Positions 23,501 to 33,767 of a stretch of DNA of 64,000 nucleotides are shown one piece after another. How positions within the stretch are numbered: position 1 is the stretch's first letter; every line of letters starts with the position of its first letter. Under the pieces are notes generated by a model. It was given only the letters and a program-made list of their open reading frames with translations. It had not been told where the DNA came from and searched no databases. The DNA lies in assembly GCA_905178155.1 (NCBI GenBank), contig CAJINV010000007.1, forward strand, positions 3,267,151 through 3,331,150, given 5' to 3'. The position numbers and the translations under genes were made by a program. The stretch is from Amoebophrya sp. A120. Lineage: Eukaryota > Protista > Dinoflagellata.

Positions 23501-26500
23501 CCACTTTCCCGTGGGTGTCCAGCAAAATGCACATAGTAGCTCGCCCACCTTGGGGGGTACTCGCAAAGTGCAAACCGGCCAGAAGGCTCGTCGCCCCCCC
23601 TCCATCGAGGTGGGCCAGGGGGCGTCGGGCGTGAGGCTCTAGTGGTCGCCGGCGCCCAGGGACAAACCCGCTTGGGGTACGCGTATCGCCTCCTGCCCCT
23701 TCCCCGCGAGGAATGCAACCTTCCTAGTAGGAAATCGGGCCCATCGCTTTCTTGTCTACTCCATACCTCTCCGGCGGTCGCGGAGCGACCGCCCGTGCTA
23801 GATACAACTTCTGAGAACGAGTCGCAGATGAATCATGAAACCGTGGTTCTTCCATAAGAAGGCACAGATTGTCAAGGGTGCAGAGCTCAAAAGTCGCTCA
23901 TTTTCGTTTCGCACGTCGCTCACGGGTGCTTTTGGAAAAATGCAGAGGCGGTTTCGACAGCTCCAGACCCCGACTTTGAGGAAGCGCACTTGTTCTCCGG
24001 ACGAGTTTGACATGATTCCGAACGCGTAGCGGTGCAAATTGGCGTCGTCTCCCGCAGGTATTTTGGTCTTTGAAAATTAAGACGCGTGTATGGGTTTTCG
24101 AATAGTGGGTCTGCGGCTTTTCGAATAATGGAAGTAGAGACTCCTTGCTCCCACATCGGCACTTTTACGGTTCTGCAAGGATAGGTCTAAGAAAGATACA
24201 GGAGGTAAGTGCCACAATTGTATGTAGTGAGGTCACGAACGTTCTAATCTAGCGATCTTTTTGACATGTCTCATGCAAAACGACCGGCAGTTTTCAAGCG
24301 GCCGGAAGGCTTTTTTGACATAAAAAATTTCCAATTATCAAGCGGCCGGGGCTTTGATATCAAACAAGCCCGGTCGAAAACTATCGATTCGCACTGGATA
24401 AAACGACGCAGGGGAGCCGGCAAAAGGGGCGCCCTTCTGAGGCGCCCGCCGCCTTGATTTCTGGCGATTTGGGGCGCCCAAAAAGGGGCGCCCAAAAAAT
24501 GCCAAGCTGACAAAAACCCTGAATCCGCATGGTATGGGCCCCATTTTGGCCAACTTTTGAAAGCTGCAAAGCCGGCCACCAAAATCGGGCATTTGTAAGG
24601 GGGGGAGCAGGGCAAAAGTTGCGACTTGTTATAAAAAAAAACAAAAAGCGGAAAGCTCGCCAAAAGCTAAAAGCTAACCCGCATGCTATGGGCCCGATTT
24701 TGGGGGCCCATGGGGCCGGGCTTGGTGGAGGCCCTGGGGTGGCTATAGCATGCGGGAAAGCGTTTCGATTCAGGAGGCGGCAGGGGCGCGGCTTTTCAAC
24801 AAAAAAAGCCAAAGGACGCAAATCCCGCCAAAAGCAGCAAGCCAACCCGCATGCTATGGGCCCGATTTGGGGGGCCCACAGGGCCGACCCTGGCGGAGGC
24901 CCTTGTGGGGCCACAGCGTGCGGGAAAGCGTTTCTCCTCTGAAAAGAGCAAAAAGACCCGGCGTCGTCCAGTCAAAAAGACCCCGCGCGACCTCACTACC
25001 CCCGCCCCGGCGGCTATATTTGGTACTGAAAATTAGTGAGCAAGAGACGACGCGCCAGGAGTGGCCGGATGTGGTGACGGCCAGTCTGATCGCGCATTGA
25101 CTTAGCCTCAGCGGTCTAGACTAGCAACGCACACCTTCACGATCCTTGCCCTTTCTCTGTTGTCGCGCTTCACAAAGTGCTCAGAATTTTCAAGATGTCC
25201 GAGCAAATCGATCAGCATATGACACCCGAGGATCACCTTTTTGAAATTGTTTTGTTTTCACGCAAAGCGTGCGGGCGGTCGTCTGCAAGTAGAAAGAGAT
25301 CCGGTCGACGGGCAGTTCCTATTTTGTTTGATTTTTCTGCGTACATATCTTTGCGACCAAGAAGCCACCGCTGCGGCTTTGTCTACCTTCGAGCCCTTTC
25401 GTAGAAGTGCAAATATTACATGCGGAAGTGCGGAAGTAGCGGATGGAGCGAGCAGCCGAAACGATGCGGCACCACGAGCGCCACTCTTACGGGTCCGGCG
25501 GTGTTCGCACTGTACAGAAGTTTTTGCTTTAGGAAGTAGCTGGCGATCTGCAAAAGCTTCTATTTTCATTTTGTTTTTGCATTACAGTAGATGATCTATC
25601 AAGCGTAGACAACCCGCTCCCTCATGTTCATTCGCCGCGCCCCTTCTTCGATTGAATTTCCCTAACTCAATACCAACTACAGCTCGCACCAAAGAAGCGC
25701 AACGTGCAGGGCCGCAAAAAACCGGACGAAACGTACAGAGACCTCGCGGAGCGCATGATCCGCGAACGCTATGAAGTCATAGCGCAGCCACTCGGAGAAA
25801 TGTCTCATGCAGCTGCAGGCGCGGATGACTTGGAGGAGGCGATACTGGAAGAGGAGGTCGCGAAAGGGACGTGGCCCATGGTGCCCAGGAGCACAGGGAG
25901 TATCAAATGTAAAAATGTCTGGGTCTGGAAGGTTACCAGGTTTGTCATGCATATTTTACATGACGATGACTCAGGATGTATGTAATGCACAATCTGGCAT
26001 CACATATTTTTACAGGCCTTCATGATGCTTATCCCGCATGACAAATGCCCTCCCCGCGTAGCACAAACTGGGCTCCTATTGTTGGCCATGCAATACAGAT
26101 TTTTTTAGAGTCCAGAGCTAGCATCACAAGTGCCAGCCTTCCAGACCCAGACATTTTTACACTTGATAGGGAGCGCGGCGAAGCATCTTCCGGGCAGGCC
26201 AGCACTGAAGATGATCAGCGGGCTAGTTGTTCTTCCATCTGAGAACGAGTCGCAGATGAATCATGAAACCGCTCTCCCGTCGTTTTCCTCGAATTTTCTT
26301 GGTGCGACCAAGGGGAGCGGCTACATGAAGCGTGTGTGGGAGCTATCAAAAGGAAAAATTCCCCCTCCCCATATCAAAACGAAATTTCTCATGCTGGATT
26401 TGAGTACACAAATCAGCTTTGTATTGCAGGAAAGCATTGCAGTCAGGTCCCCAGGCTAGGTAGGGGCGTATGCGTCTAGTTGTTCAGCATGGCAAGCGGC

Positions 26501-27436
26501 TCCTCTTTAGATCCAACAGCATGACAAATCGCTTCCATAATATGGCGAAAGCTTCTGCCCTTGTCTTCTTGCAAGACAGCTGTGATTTGTGACTTCAAAT
26601 CAGCAACACAAATTTTCGGAGACATGCCTTTTCAATATGGGAGGGGGGATTTTTCCTCTCAATAGGAGCAGCAGAAGCAGGCTCTTGTTCCCAAACCGGT
26701 GTCCGACACGTTGGGCCCGGATCGATTAGAGGAGGAGCCTGTCTGCTGTGGACTGGATTCGACCAAAAAGTGCCACATCGCGTTTGCCGCGCTGGGAGAA
26801 GGGATAGCACACACGGTCAGCCTCTCGCCCCTCGCGGATGCTGAGCAGTCGGTGGACCCACTGCAGTTAGAAGAAGCTGTTAGCGTTTCGTCAGAAAATA
26901 CTAGCCATCAAGTCTCGCACTCGCCTTCGACTGCAGGAGATGAACCTGAGGAATGCACAACGGAGCCCGTACACGCAGCCAGCATGACGCAGTATCTCGT
27001 AAGCAGAACCGCGCATGAAGATGGTGCTAGTGCAACAACGACTGCTGGAGTCGTGGACCATGACGGAAGGGAGACCACCAGCACCACGCCTACGTCATCC
27101 AATGTCGTGGTCTGCTTTCAACTTGAAGAAAGCTTGGCATCGTTAGGGTCCAGTTCTTCCGAGGTGCTAGCGGCCGAATCGAGCGATATTGCAGACGGGG
27201 CGGACGAGAAAGTGAAAGAGAAAGACAGCGCAAATCGTTCACAACACGCTCGTTGTCGCACCGCGTACCACATGTTTGCCAGTCAGGGAGCGCCGGAGGC
27301 GTTCCAGAAGACGAAATGCGCGGAAAGTCTACAGAGTGGGTCCTTGTTCGCGGAAATTGTCAAAACAAGCCTCCACCAACCTTCCTCGGAAACCGTGGCG
27401 GACATCTGCGAAAAAAATTTCCTCACGCCGGGTTGA
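20564..27436 (+). CDS. Glycosyltransferase, GT32/DXD sugar-binding (capsular polysaccharide synthesis-like) type, split by a 4.6-kb insertion array and an introner; possibly inactive
   Basis: Motif KSDLIRYGLLYTHGGIYLGTDF in ORF 20564-21832. Removing 21593-26237 and 26344-26669 gives a continuous frame ...NCRGGASSTTTSENESQMNHETALPSFSSNFLGATKGSGYMKRVWEQQKQ...CHIAFAALGEGIAH...AYHMF. Further 3' exons are possible. Confidence 0.75.
22696..23801 (+). mobile_element. Putative non-autonomous Helitron-like element (cassette 2)
   Basis: Begins (C)CTATATACTATA. Carries 7 palindromic TACTAGTA copies (22743-22882) and a very GC-rich body. Ends with the hairpin GGCGGTCGC-GGA-GCGACCGCC followed by CGTG-CTAG. 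The flanks are not the canonical A|T. Confidence 0.45.
24673..24934. repeat. Two ~93-bp GC-rich tandem units, each self-complementary
   Basis: Units at 24673-24765 and 24841-24934. CCCGCATGCTAT (24678-24689) pairs with ATAGCATGCGGG (24745-24756). A partial third copy lies near 24525. Confidence 0.75.
25901..26168. mobile_element. Introner (family A), 268 bp, TSD GGGAG
   Basis: 32-bp TIR TATCAAATGTAAAAATGTCTGGGTCTGGAAGG / CCTTCCAGACCCAGACATTTTTACACTTGATA. GGGAG at 25896-25900 and 26169-26173. Confidence 0.92.
26344..26664. mobile_element. Introner, 321 bp, TSD GGAGC
   Basis: TIR TATCAAAAGGAAAAATTCCCCCTCCCCATAT / ATATGGGAGGGGGGATTTTTCCTCTCAATA. Removal with one TSD restores VWE-QQKQ in the glycosyltransferase. 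Confidence 0.9.
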
Positions 27437-28204
27437 TGAAGTAAGGTGGACGTGGAAGTTTTAAAAAGCTCTTACGGTTAGCACGGCGTAGTTCTTCGCA
27501 AGAATTCAGCAGATGATTCTCATGTCCACCCTTCTTGCGTTGTCAGGTTCTAGCTGAACAACTCCAGATGCAGATCCTTCGTCGACAGCTATCAGTCAGA
27601 AGACTATTCGTGTTGCGCTGCGGCCAAAAGTATAGATGATACGTTGCTTGACCTTGTGGATGGTAGCGAGGTCGTGAATTATGTACTTTTCTGGTTTGAT
27701 CCCTTTCCCAATGTCATTCGTGAAAGTAGTTGTATACGTCGTGGTCTGCCAGGGGCTTAAGAGTCGGACGTGATTTTACCATACCGTATTACTACAGTCA
27801 AACCAAAACAAGAAGAAATCGATGGCCCTATCACGTTACGAATGCGTCGTCTACAAGAACACAGGTTTGACTGATCGTCTGTCGTTTATGTCGTGTGTCC
27901 TCCCTGTAACTCTTTGTGCATATTATACCATTTACCGTCATGATAACAAGGTCGTGCTCGATCGAAATGCAAATTTCGTTGCGAAGGCGAAGCAAAAAGC
28001 ACACCAACAACGCTGTTTTTGCTTCAGGTTTATGAACAATTTCCTTCTGAAACAAGACCCTCCCTCACAGACGGAAACGCGACAGTTTTTTTTTTGAATT
28101 TGTGTACTTATCTATCGTACTCCTCCGCACCTTGAATCAATCCCCACACGACCAGCACGATACGCAAAGCACGGACGTCGAAGTGAAAAAAAACCAAAAC
28201 AACT

Positions 28205-28873
28205 ATGGATCTCCTTTTCGATTTCGCAGTCTTTGTCTTCCTGGTCGTGGTGTTTGTCACACTCTGGCGCCACCCGAAGTACAATCCGGCCAAGCTGATC
28301 TTGGACCGCTTCACCCTCGGCACACTGGAGGAGGAGCTCGCCCGGCGGGACCGGCGGCGGCAACAGAGGAGGGCGGCGAACGCGCCGCCGGTGAACCTCA
28401 CCGGGGACGACGCCCTGGTTGGCCGGGAAATGGTGTCCGTGCAACCCGACTCGCCCACAAATTCCAGCACGACCATATTGCAATGAAAAATGCCCCCACC
28501 TCACACTTGGCAGCATTTGTATTGCAAACCTTTCCAATAGATGAAACATTTGCCGTCTTGCATATCTCAGCATCACAAATTTTCCATGCTGAATAGCTCG
28601 AATTTGTGTTGCGAAGGGGCCCAACAGCAGCCGGATCTGTTATGCACAAGGCACCTTGCGCACCTAGATTGTACATCAGAAAGGCTCGCAATCCTTTCAT
28701 GCAAGACAAAAAGCTTTCATTTGGAAACATTGCATGACAAACTTTTGCAAGAAAGTCGGGGGTGGGGGCATTTTTCATTGTAATAGACCAGCTCGCGGGG
28801 CAGCAGATCCGGGCTGATCAAGAAGAAACTGGATCGGCAAGGGAAGAATGGTAGCAATGTGCGTGTAAACTGA
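28205..28873 (+). CDS. Small single-pass membrane protein (2 exons, introner-split)
   Basis: N-terminal TM segment (FAVFVFLVVVFVTLW). After introner removal the frame continues STT-SSRGSRSGLIKKKLDRQGKNGSNVRVN*. Confidence 0.7.
28476..28785. mobile_element. Introner, 310 bp, TSD GACCA
   Basis: TIR TATTGCAATGAAAAATGCCCCCACC / GGTGGGGGCATTTTTCATTGTAATA. GACCA at 28471-28475 and 28786-28790. Confidence 0.92.
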
Positions 28874-29833
28874 CATCACATTGATAAGTAATCATGACCA
28901 CAAAGAAAAAATGGAACCAGGCTCCTACAGTAGTGCAAGAGGTAGATGAAAGTGATCTGGTAGTCGTGATCAACACCAGGGACGAAGGCGATCCGCTCCA
29001 AGATTGTCGTTTGTGCGGTGGTGTATGCGTTTTCTTTCCTTGCTAAAAACAGAACAGGACACCATCGGTTGTTTGCAAGCGCGCCGCAGGCGAAGCGAGA
29101 TTTTTTTTTACGTGTGCCTTCATCTTCCGTAAGATCTAGATCTACATCGACCTCAGGGTTGCAACTCCAAAGTCCAAAAAGTACATGAAAATAGAAAAGC
29201 GCAGAACCCGGGAGGAAAATTTGTTGGTTCGCCGCGAAGATGAATCGGTTCTGAGGAATGCCGATGGTTATGTCGTCGACATGGTTCTGCTGTCACTAAA
29301 ATGATAGGTTTTTCACGCGAATAAATATCGACGAGAAGCAGGCGAATGAGCACGGCTGTAGATCGATATAAGTAAAAGATGAAGGTCTAGTACTCGATCT
29401 CGAATGCAAAGATCCAGCAAAATCTCGAGTTCCTATGCTACGGCGCAGGTCTCACGTCGCGTAAGTTGCAGGTAGCTAAGCTGAAACTGAAATGTGAAGA
29501 TCTTGAGCATGATTCAGCAGTTGGAGGCGTCGTGTTTGTGGTCGTGCTGAAACAAAGTAGGGTCTAAAAATTGTATTGATGTTGGAGATGAAATCGTACT
29601 TACTCTTTCGTCCCAGGGGCGGGCGTTGGCGGTTGTTGCGAGATATTTATTGTGTAGATTTGTACTGCTACTGACGACTTCGACTTACGTTAAGCTCGAC
29701 CTTATTCGCTCCGTTGCTTTATGTTTAGAAGTCAAGCCCATTTCCATTCGTAAGTTACAGTCTCTCTACGTAGTCTCCTCGACGACACGTCCTTTTTCCT
29801 TTCAGGCACCGGAACAGCCGATTTGGCTTCAAC

Positions 29834-31309
29834 ATGAGCACCACTGTTTCATCCTCCATTAATGATGCACACCAGCCACTCTCGCTGAATAATGGAGTGC
29901 AGAAGCAGGACCATCAGCAGTCGCAGAAACACCGCATTGATCTTCATTTCCACAGGCAAAAAAATCAACTTGAAAGCCTTTTCGGCCCTTTCTTCCTGAA
30001 AGAAGTAGATTTGGACGCAGTGCGCGCAGACGGCAATTGGCGTTCTGGGGCAGAAGTAGATCTGGTTGAAAACTACAGTAGCGACGCAAAAACGTCTGTA
30101 GGAACAGAATCTGAAGAAAAACAGGATCGTGAATCGTTTCAACAATTTGAATTTCCCACTACTTCGCCCCCAACCGCTTTTCCTTCCATCGCTGTCTTCA
30201 CGAACCAGCAGGATGAGAAGGCAAAGGACCGCCGGTCCGCGCAGATTGACTGCTTACTCAAGGCGTGCTTGTTGAGGGGATACCTTACCGTCCCAGACTA
30301 CTTTTTCATCCAATACGACTGTCCGCGTAAGGTCGTTGGCGACGGGGTTTTTCTGGAACAACGGTACCGCGGGTTTGACTTGCTGTTCGAGAAATTTCTG
30401 GCTTCAAGTCACTTTGCCGGCAGAGCGGATGCCGAAGCGTCTGCGTCGTTGCTCCAGCTAGACCTGAAAGCAGATTATCGCGATCTTCTGCGAGAGGGGA
30501 AGTCCGATGAAACGGATCCGGATGATGTCACGATGGCGACTACCCTCGATTCTAGCGCAGGAGGAGATGATGGCACTAGCGCAAGACGAAGAATATCATC
30601 TCCACGCGACCGCCAGCAGCTCCACACAGCCAGTCCCTTCGGCGTGTTCTACGAGCGGCACTTTGAAAGTTGTCTCCAACTCGTTTCGGAGCAGCAGGAC
30701 CGTTGGCAGACCGCGTTCGAGGCGTTTCAGCCTCTCGTGGACGCACTGTACCCGGGTAAGGAGCAGAGGAAGAGCGTTCGCGTTTGGCAACCCTTTTACT
30801 CGGACGGCGAGTGCAAGAGCCACCTGGAGAGACTTGGCTTTCAAACGGTGTTTCACGACAGAGAAAAGGATTTCTTCGAAGTTTGTTCGACAGCTGCGTC
30901 GTGGATAGAAAAAAGCGTGGACTTAATCCTCGACAACCCTCCCTGGACGACGTTGAAAATGAAGAAACGGATTCTGCGCGCCATGGTAACCTTGAACAAG
31001 CCGTTTTGCTTGTTGACGCCGACAAACTTCCTGCAAGGGCCGTTGTTAAGGAGTGAACTGGGAATCTTCCACGGCTTGGGGTCGGAGGGGAAAGAAAGTA
31101 GTTCAAGATCAACAGTGCAAGTGTTGTTGCCGACGAAAGTACCTGCAATTCCAGTAGTTAATATCACGTCCTCGATAATGCACGACAGGAAGAAAGACAA
31201 AGATCAAGATGTTGATGTAAGTGCCACAAAACGAAAAGTCATTCAGTGTAAAAATTTAGCGTGGCTCTGTTTCCGAATGAATCTACCAAAAGATCTCTAC
31301 TTTATTTGA
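29834..31309 (+). CDS. Putative N6-adenine methyltransferase (NPPW motif IV), intronless
   Basis: C-terminal domain VWQPFYSDG...LGFQTVFH...DFF...DLILDNPPW...KPFCLL matches the order of SAM-binding motif I and catalytic NPP(F/Y/W) in compact phage/giant-virus-type amino-MTases. Confidence 0.65.
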   Translation: MSTTVSSSINDAHQPLSLNNGVQKQDHQQSQKHRIDLHFHRQKNQLESLFGPFFLKEVDLDAVRADGNWRSGAEVDLVENYSSDAKTSVGTESEEKQDRESFQQFEFPTTSPPTAFPSIAVFTNQQDEKAKDRRSAQIDCLLKACLLRGYLTVPDYFFIQYDCPRKVVGDGVFLEQRYRGFDLLFEKFLASSHFAGRADAEASASLLQLDLKADYRDLLREGKSDETDPDDVTMATTLDSSAGGDDGTSARRRISSPRDRQQLHTASPFGVFYERHFESCLQLVSEQQDRWQTAFEAFQPLVDALYPGKEQRKSVRVWQPFYSDGECKSHLERLGFQTVFHDREKDFFEVCSTAASWIEKSVDLILDNPPWTTLKMKKRILRAMVTLNKPFCLLTPTNFLQGPLLRSELGIFHGLGSEGKESSSRSTVQVLLPTKVPAIPVVNITSSIMHDRKKDKDQDVDVSATKRKVIQCKNLAWLCFRMNLPKDLYFI

Positions 31310-32321
31310 TGGAATTTGCACGGAAACAATAACAAAGCGACCGAAAAAAGCGAAGAAAATTTAAAAGTATGTTTGAGTAGTACGAAAAAGGGAAAGCGAA
31401 AGACGACCGGAAATTTTTTATGCTTGACGAAAAAGTTTCTTCCTCATCCTCACAAGAGCACCTGATTGCAGTGTAGCTGCTGCTGCGCATGTTTCTATGC
31501 ATGCATATATGTTTTTCACGGAACAACGAGAAAACTTTCCTCTTCGTAGCTCCCTCGAAGATTGTAGATTCCAAGTTCGCAGCTATCGTAGTTTTCTCGG
31601 ACTCTTTTCGCCGCGTTAGCGGCCACCATCGCAATCGCCCTGGTCCGTAGTGTGAGGCGAGATACTTATCCTGAGATAGAAATATTGGAGAGTGCGAGCA
31701 GTCCACCATCTCAGCAATGTGATGGGCTTCGTTCATCGTTTGCACTCCTCGGTTTTGTCGTGATCGTCTTTTGTCGTGGCGCGGTTCTTCTACTTTCGTT
31801 GTCCACTATATCGTCGACATGTTCACTTTGACTCGCATTGATCGTGACTATCCATCGTGGTCATGTCGCGTTCTTGGCGCTACTAGAGAAATCGATATGC
31901 AGTATACGCACATGAGCAGCAAGAAGTCGTCAAACGTCTCAGTGATTTTGGACAACACGCACCACTTGCATATCATCTAGTTTGTTGCGCGAAACGCGAC
32001 ACTTCGTACGTTAACGTTTTTTTTGGAAGCTGAGTCAGCTTTACTGCCAATCCTGGGGAGGTTTTAGGCCCTGCGGCGAGACGAGTACGTATTTTTTACG
32101 ACCCGACAAATATTTTTTGTATCTGCTGGATTCGTCCTCGTCGAAGCTCGAAGCTACATCTTGTTGAAAACTAAGTCGAACTCCGCACGGCCATGTACAG
32201 CCAAGTAAGTCCCACACGACAGCAGATGATGTTTATTGATGAAATTGAAACTGGTACAAAGTGAAGCTGTCACTACGATGAAAACGAGGAATTTTGGATC
32301 AAAATCTTAAAACAGGTACAA

Positions 32322-32783
32322 ATGGTACAACTTCTGTGCACTGGGTGTCGCACATGCTGGAGGAGCAAACCTGCGATCACTTCTGCGCAGGACTCTGGTT
32401 TCTTCAAAAAATGTGCAGAAATCTTTAAACCACCGTTTATCGATGAGCAGGAGATCGACCTGCAGGTCGAGGACCGTCATACGGCCTACACGCCGGTGCC
32501 AGACTCGTTTCTGCCGACTTGTACACCGAAACAAGACCAGAAAAAAGTGACCTTCCGGTCTCCGAACATCGTGTCTCCCAGTCCCTCCACGAAGAAATTT
32601 GCGGCAAACAACTCTACCACGTCGATCCGTCCTCCGCGGTTTGACCTGTTTCCGCAAGAACCCCGGGCGAAGAAACATGAGCAGGAGCGGTCGAAGCAGG
32701 CGACAACACCAACGGTGGGGACTGTGCGAAGGTCGCAAGTGGGGCCGTTTGGCGGGCTCTCGCTCAGGTCGCTGTTTGAATGA
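32322..32783 (+). CDS. Hypothetical protein, 153 aa
   Basis: ATG-started ORF with coding-like composition between AT-richer flanks, on the same strand as its neighbours. Confidence 0.5.
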   Translation: MVQLLCTGCRTCWRSKPAITSAQDSGFFKKCAEIFKPPFIDEQEIDLQVEDRHTAYTPVPDSFLPTCTPKQDQKKVTFRSPNIVSPSPSTKKFAANNSTTSIRPPRFDLFPQEPRAKKHEQERSKQATTPTVGTVRRSQVGPFGGLSLRSLFE

Positions 32784-33767
32784 TTGAAGTAGAGCGAAGG
32801 TCGTGCAGTACTTAAGTAGTTGCGTTCGCTTCTGCCTCTAGTTTCAGTCGAAATACTAGCTTTATTCTTCGGCAAGCAGAAAACCAAAACATCTAACCGA
32901 GCATAGAAGCAAACGACTAACGTAGCACAGCTAGGATCGCTAGAAAGTTAGCATGGGCATTTCTGTTCAGTGAATTGATACAATGTTTTGGATTTGGAAT
33001 GATAGTAGATGGAAAGAACACGTTGGTAGCAGGAGAATATCGACGTACGCGACGAGGATCTATGATGCGTTTTTGTAAAATTCGGTATCGGTAACGGTAA
33101 TTTGATACAGTTGAGTTATGACCACTTTGAGTTAGAAAGGTAATGGCAATGGTTTGAGTTTGGAATGATAAATAGTAGCAGGAGGAGAAATTTGACGTAC
33201 TTACACAGATTGTTGATGCGTTTTTGTAAAATTAATTTTAGTGCTCGGAAGATATTCGTATTTCTTCCATGCTCAGTTTACAATTTCAATGTCCACATGA
33301 TTTTTAGAGTTTCAATTGCAGTTTACGTCTATTGGTTTCCGAAGCGTGATATGGGCAGAATGCAAGCAGAAAACTGTATATTATATCAAGATGAAGTAGA
33401 AGTTTGTTAGATTGGATCGTCTCTTTACGAGGCCTAGATCATTATGCACACTATGCACTCCGTTACCGTTTCCAACAGAAGGACCGGATATGACGGACTG
33501 TGTTTTTCGTCTCGTCCGTCCGCTTCGACAGACGACGACGAGAAAGGAGAAACATTCAGCTCGATCGTCAAGAATTCGTTTAGGTCGATTCGTCTTTTCG
33601 CAGGCCTCGACGTTTGCGGAGTCGTTGAGAGGTTGTTCGCCGGCTTCGGATGAACCTTGTACGACGAAATGCGAGAGCACTCGAACAATTTTCACTGATC
33701 CGTGATGTGGTCGTACTAGCTACCCGCACAGGAAGTAGAAAATCAAAAAGTAAAGGAAGCAAAGAAG

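Larger units (their letters stand above)
21594..26270 (+). repeat. Four identical 32-bp direct repeats CTGAGAACGAGTCGCAGATGAATCATGAAACC separating three unrelated cassettes
   Basis: Copies at 21594-21625, 22664-22695, 23811-23842 and 26239-26270. Spacers are 1038, 1115 and 2396 bp. Confidence 0.95.

Noticed and set aside
22840-25100. Many overlapping short ORFs in GC-rich cassettes
   Set aside because: Explained by high GC and stop-codon scarcity; translations are Gly/Ala/Arg/Pro noise.
21594-26270. Bona fide CRISPR array
   Set aside because: Spacers are 1-2.4 kb, there are no cas genes, the context is eukaryotic and the repeat translates in frame with the host exon. Only the architecture is analogous.
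29060-29240. Possible MITE remnant (GCGCGCCGCAGGCGAAGCG followed by a T-tract)
   Set aside because: Could not define termini or a target duplication.
32986-33233. Degenerate intergenic duplication (TTTGGAATGATA...GATGCGTTTTTGTAAAATT twice)
   Set aside because: A short decayed local duplication without TIR, TSD or structure.
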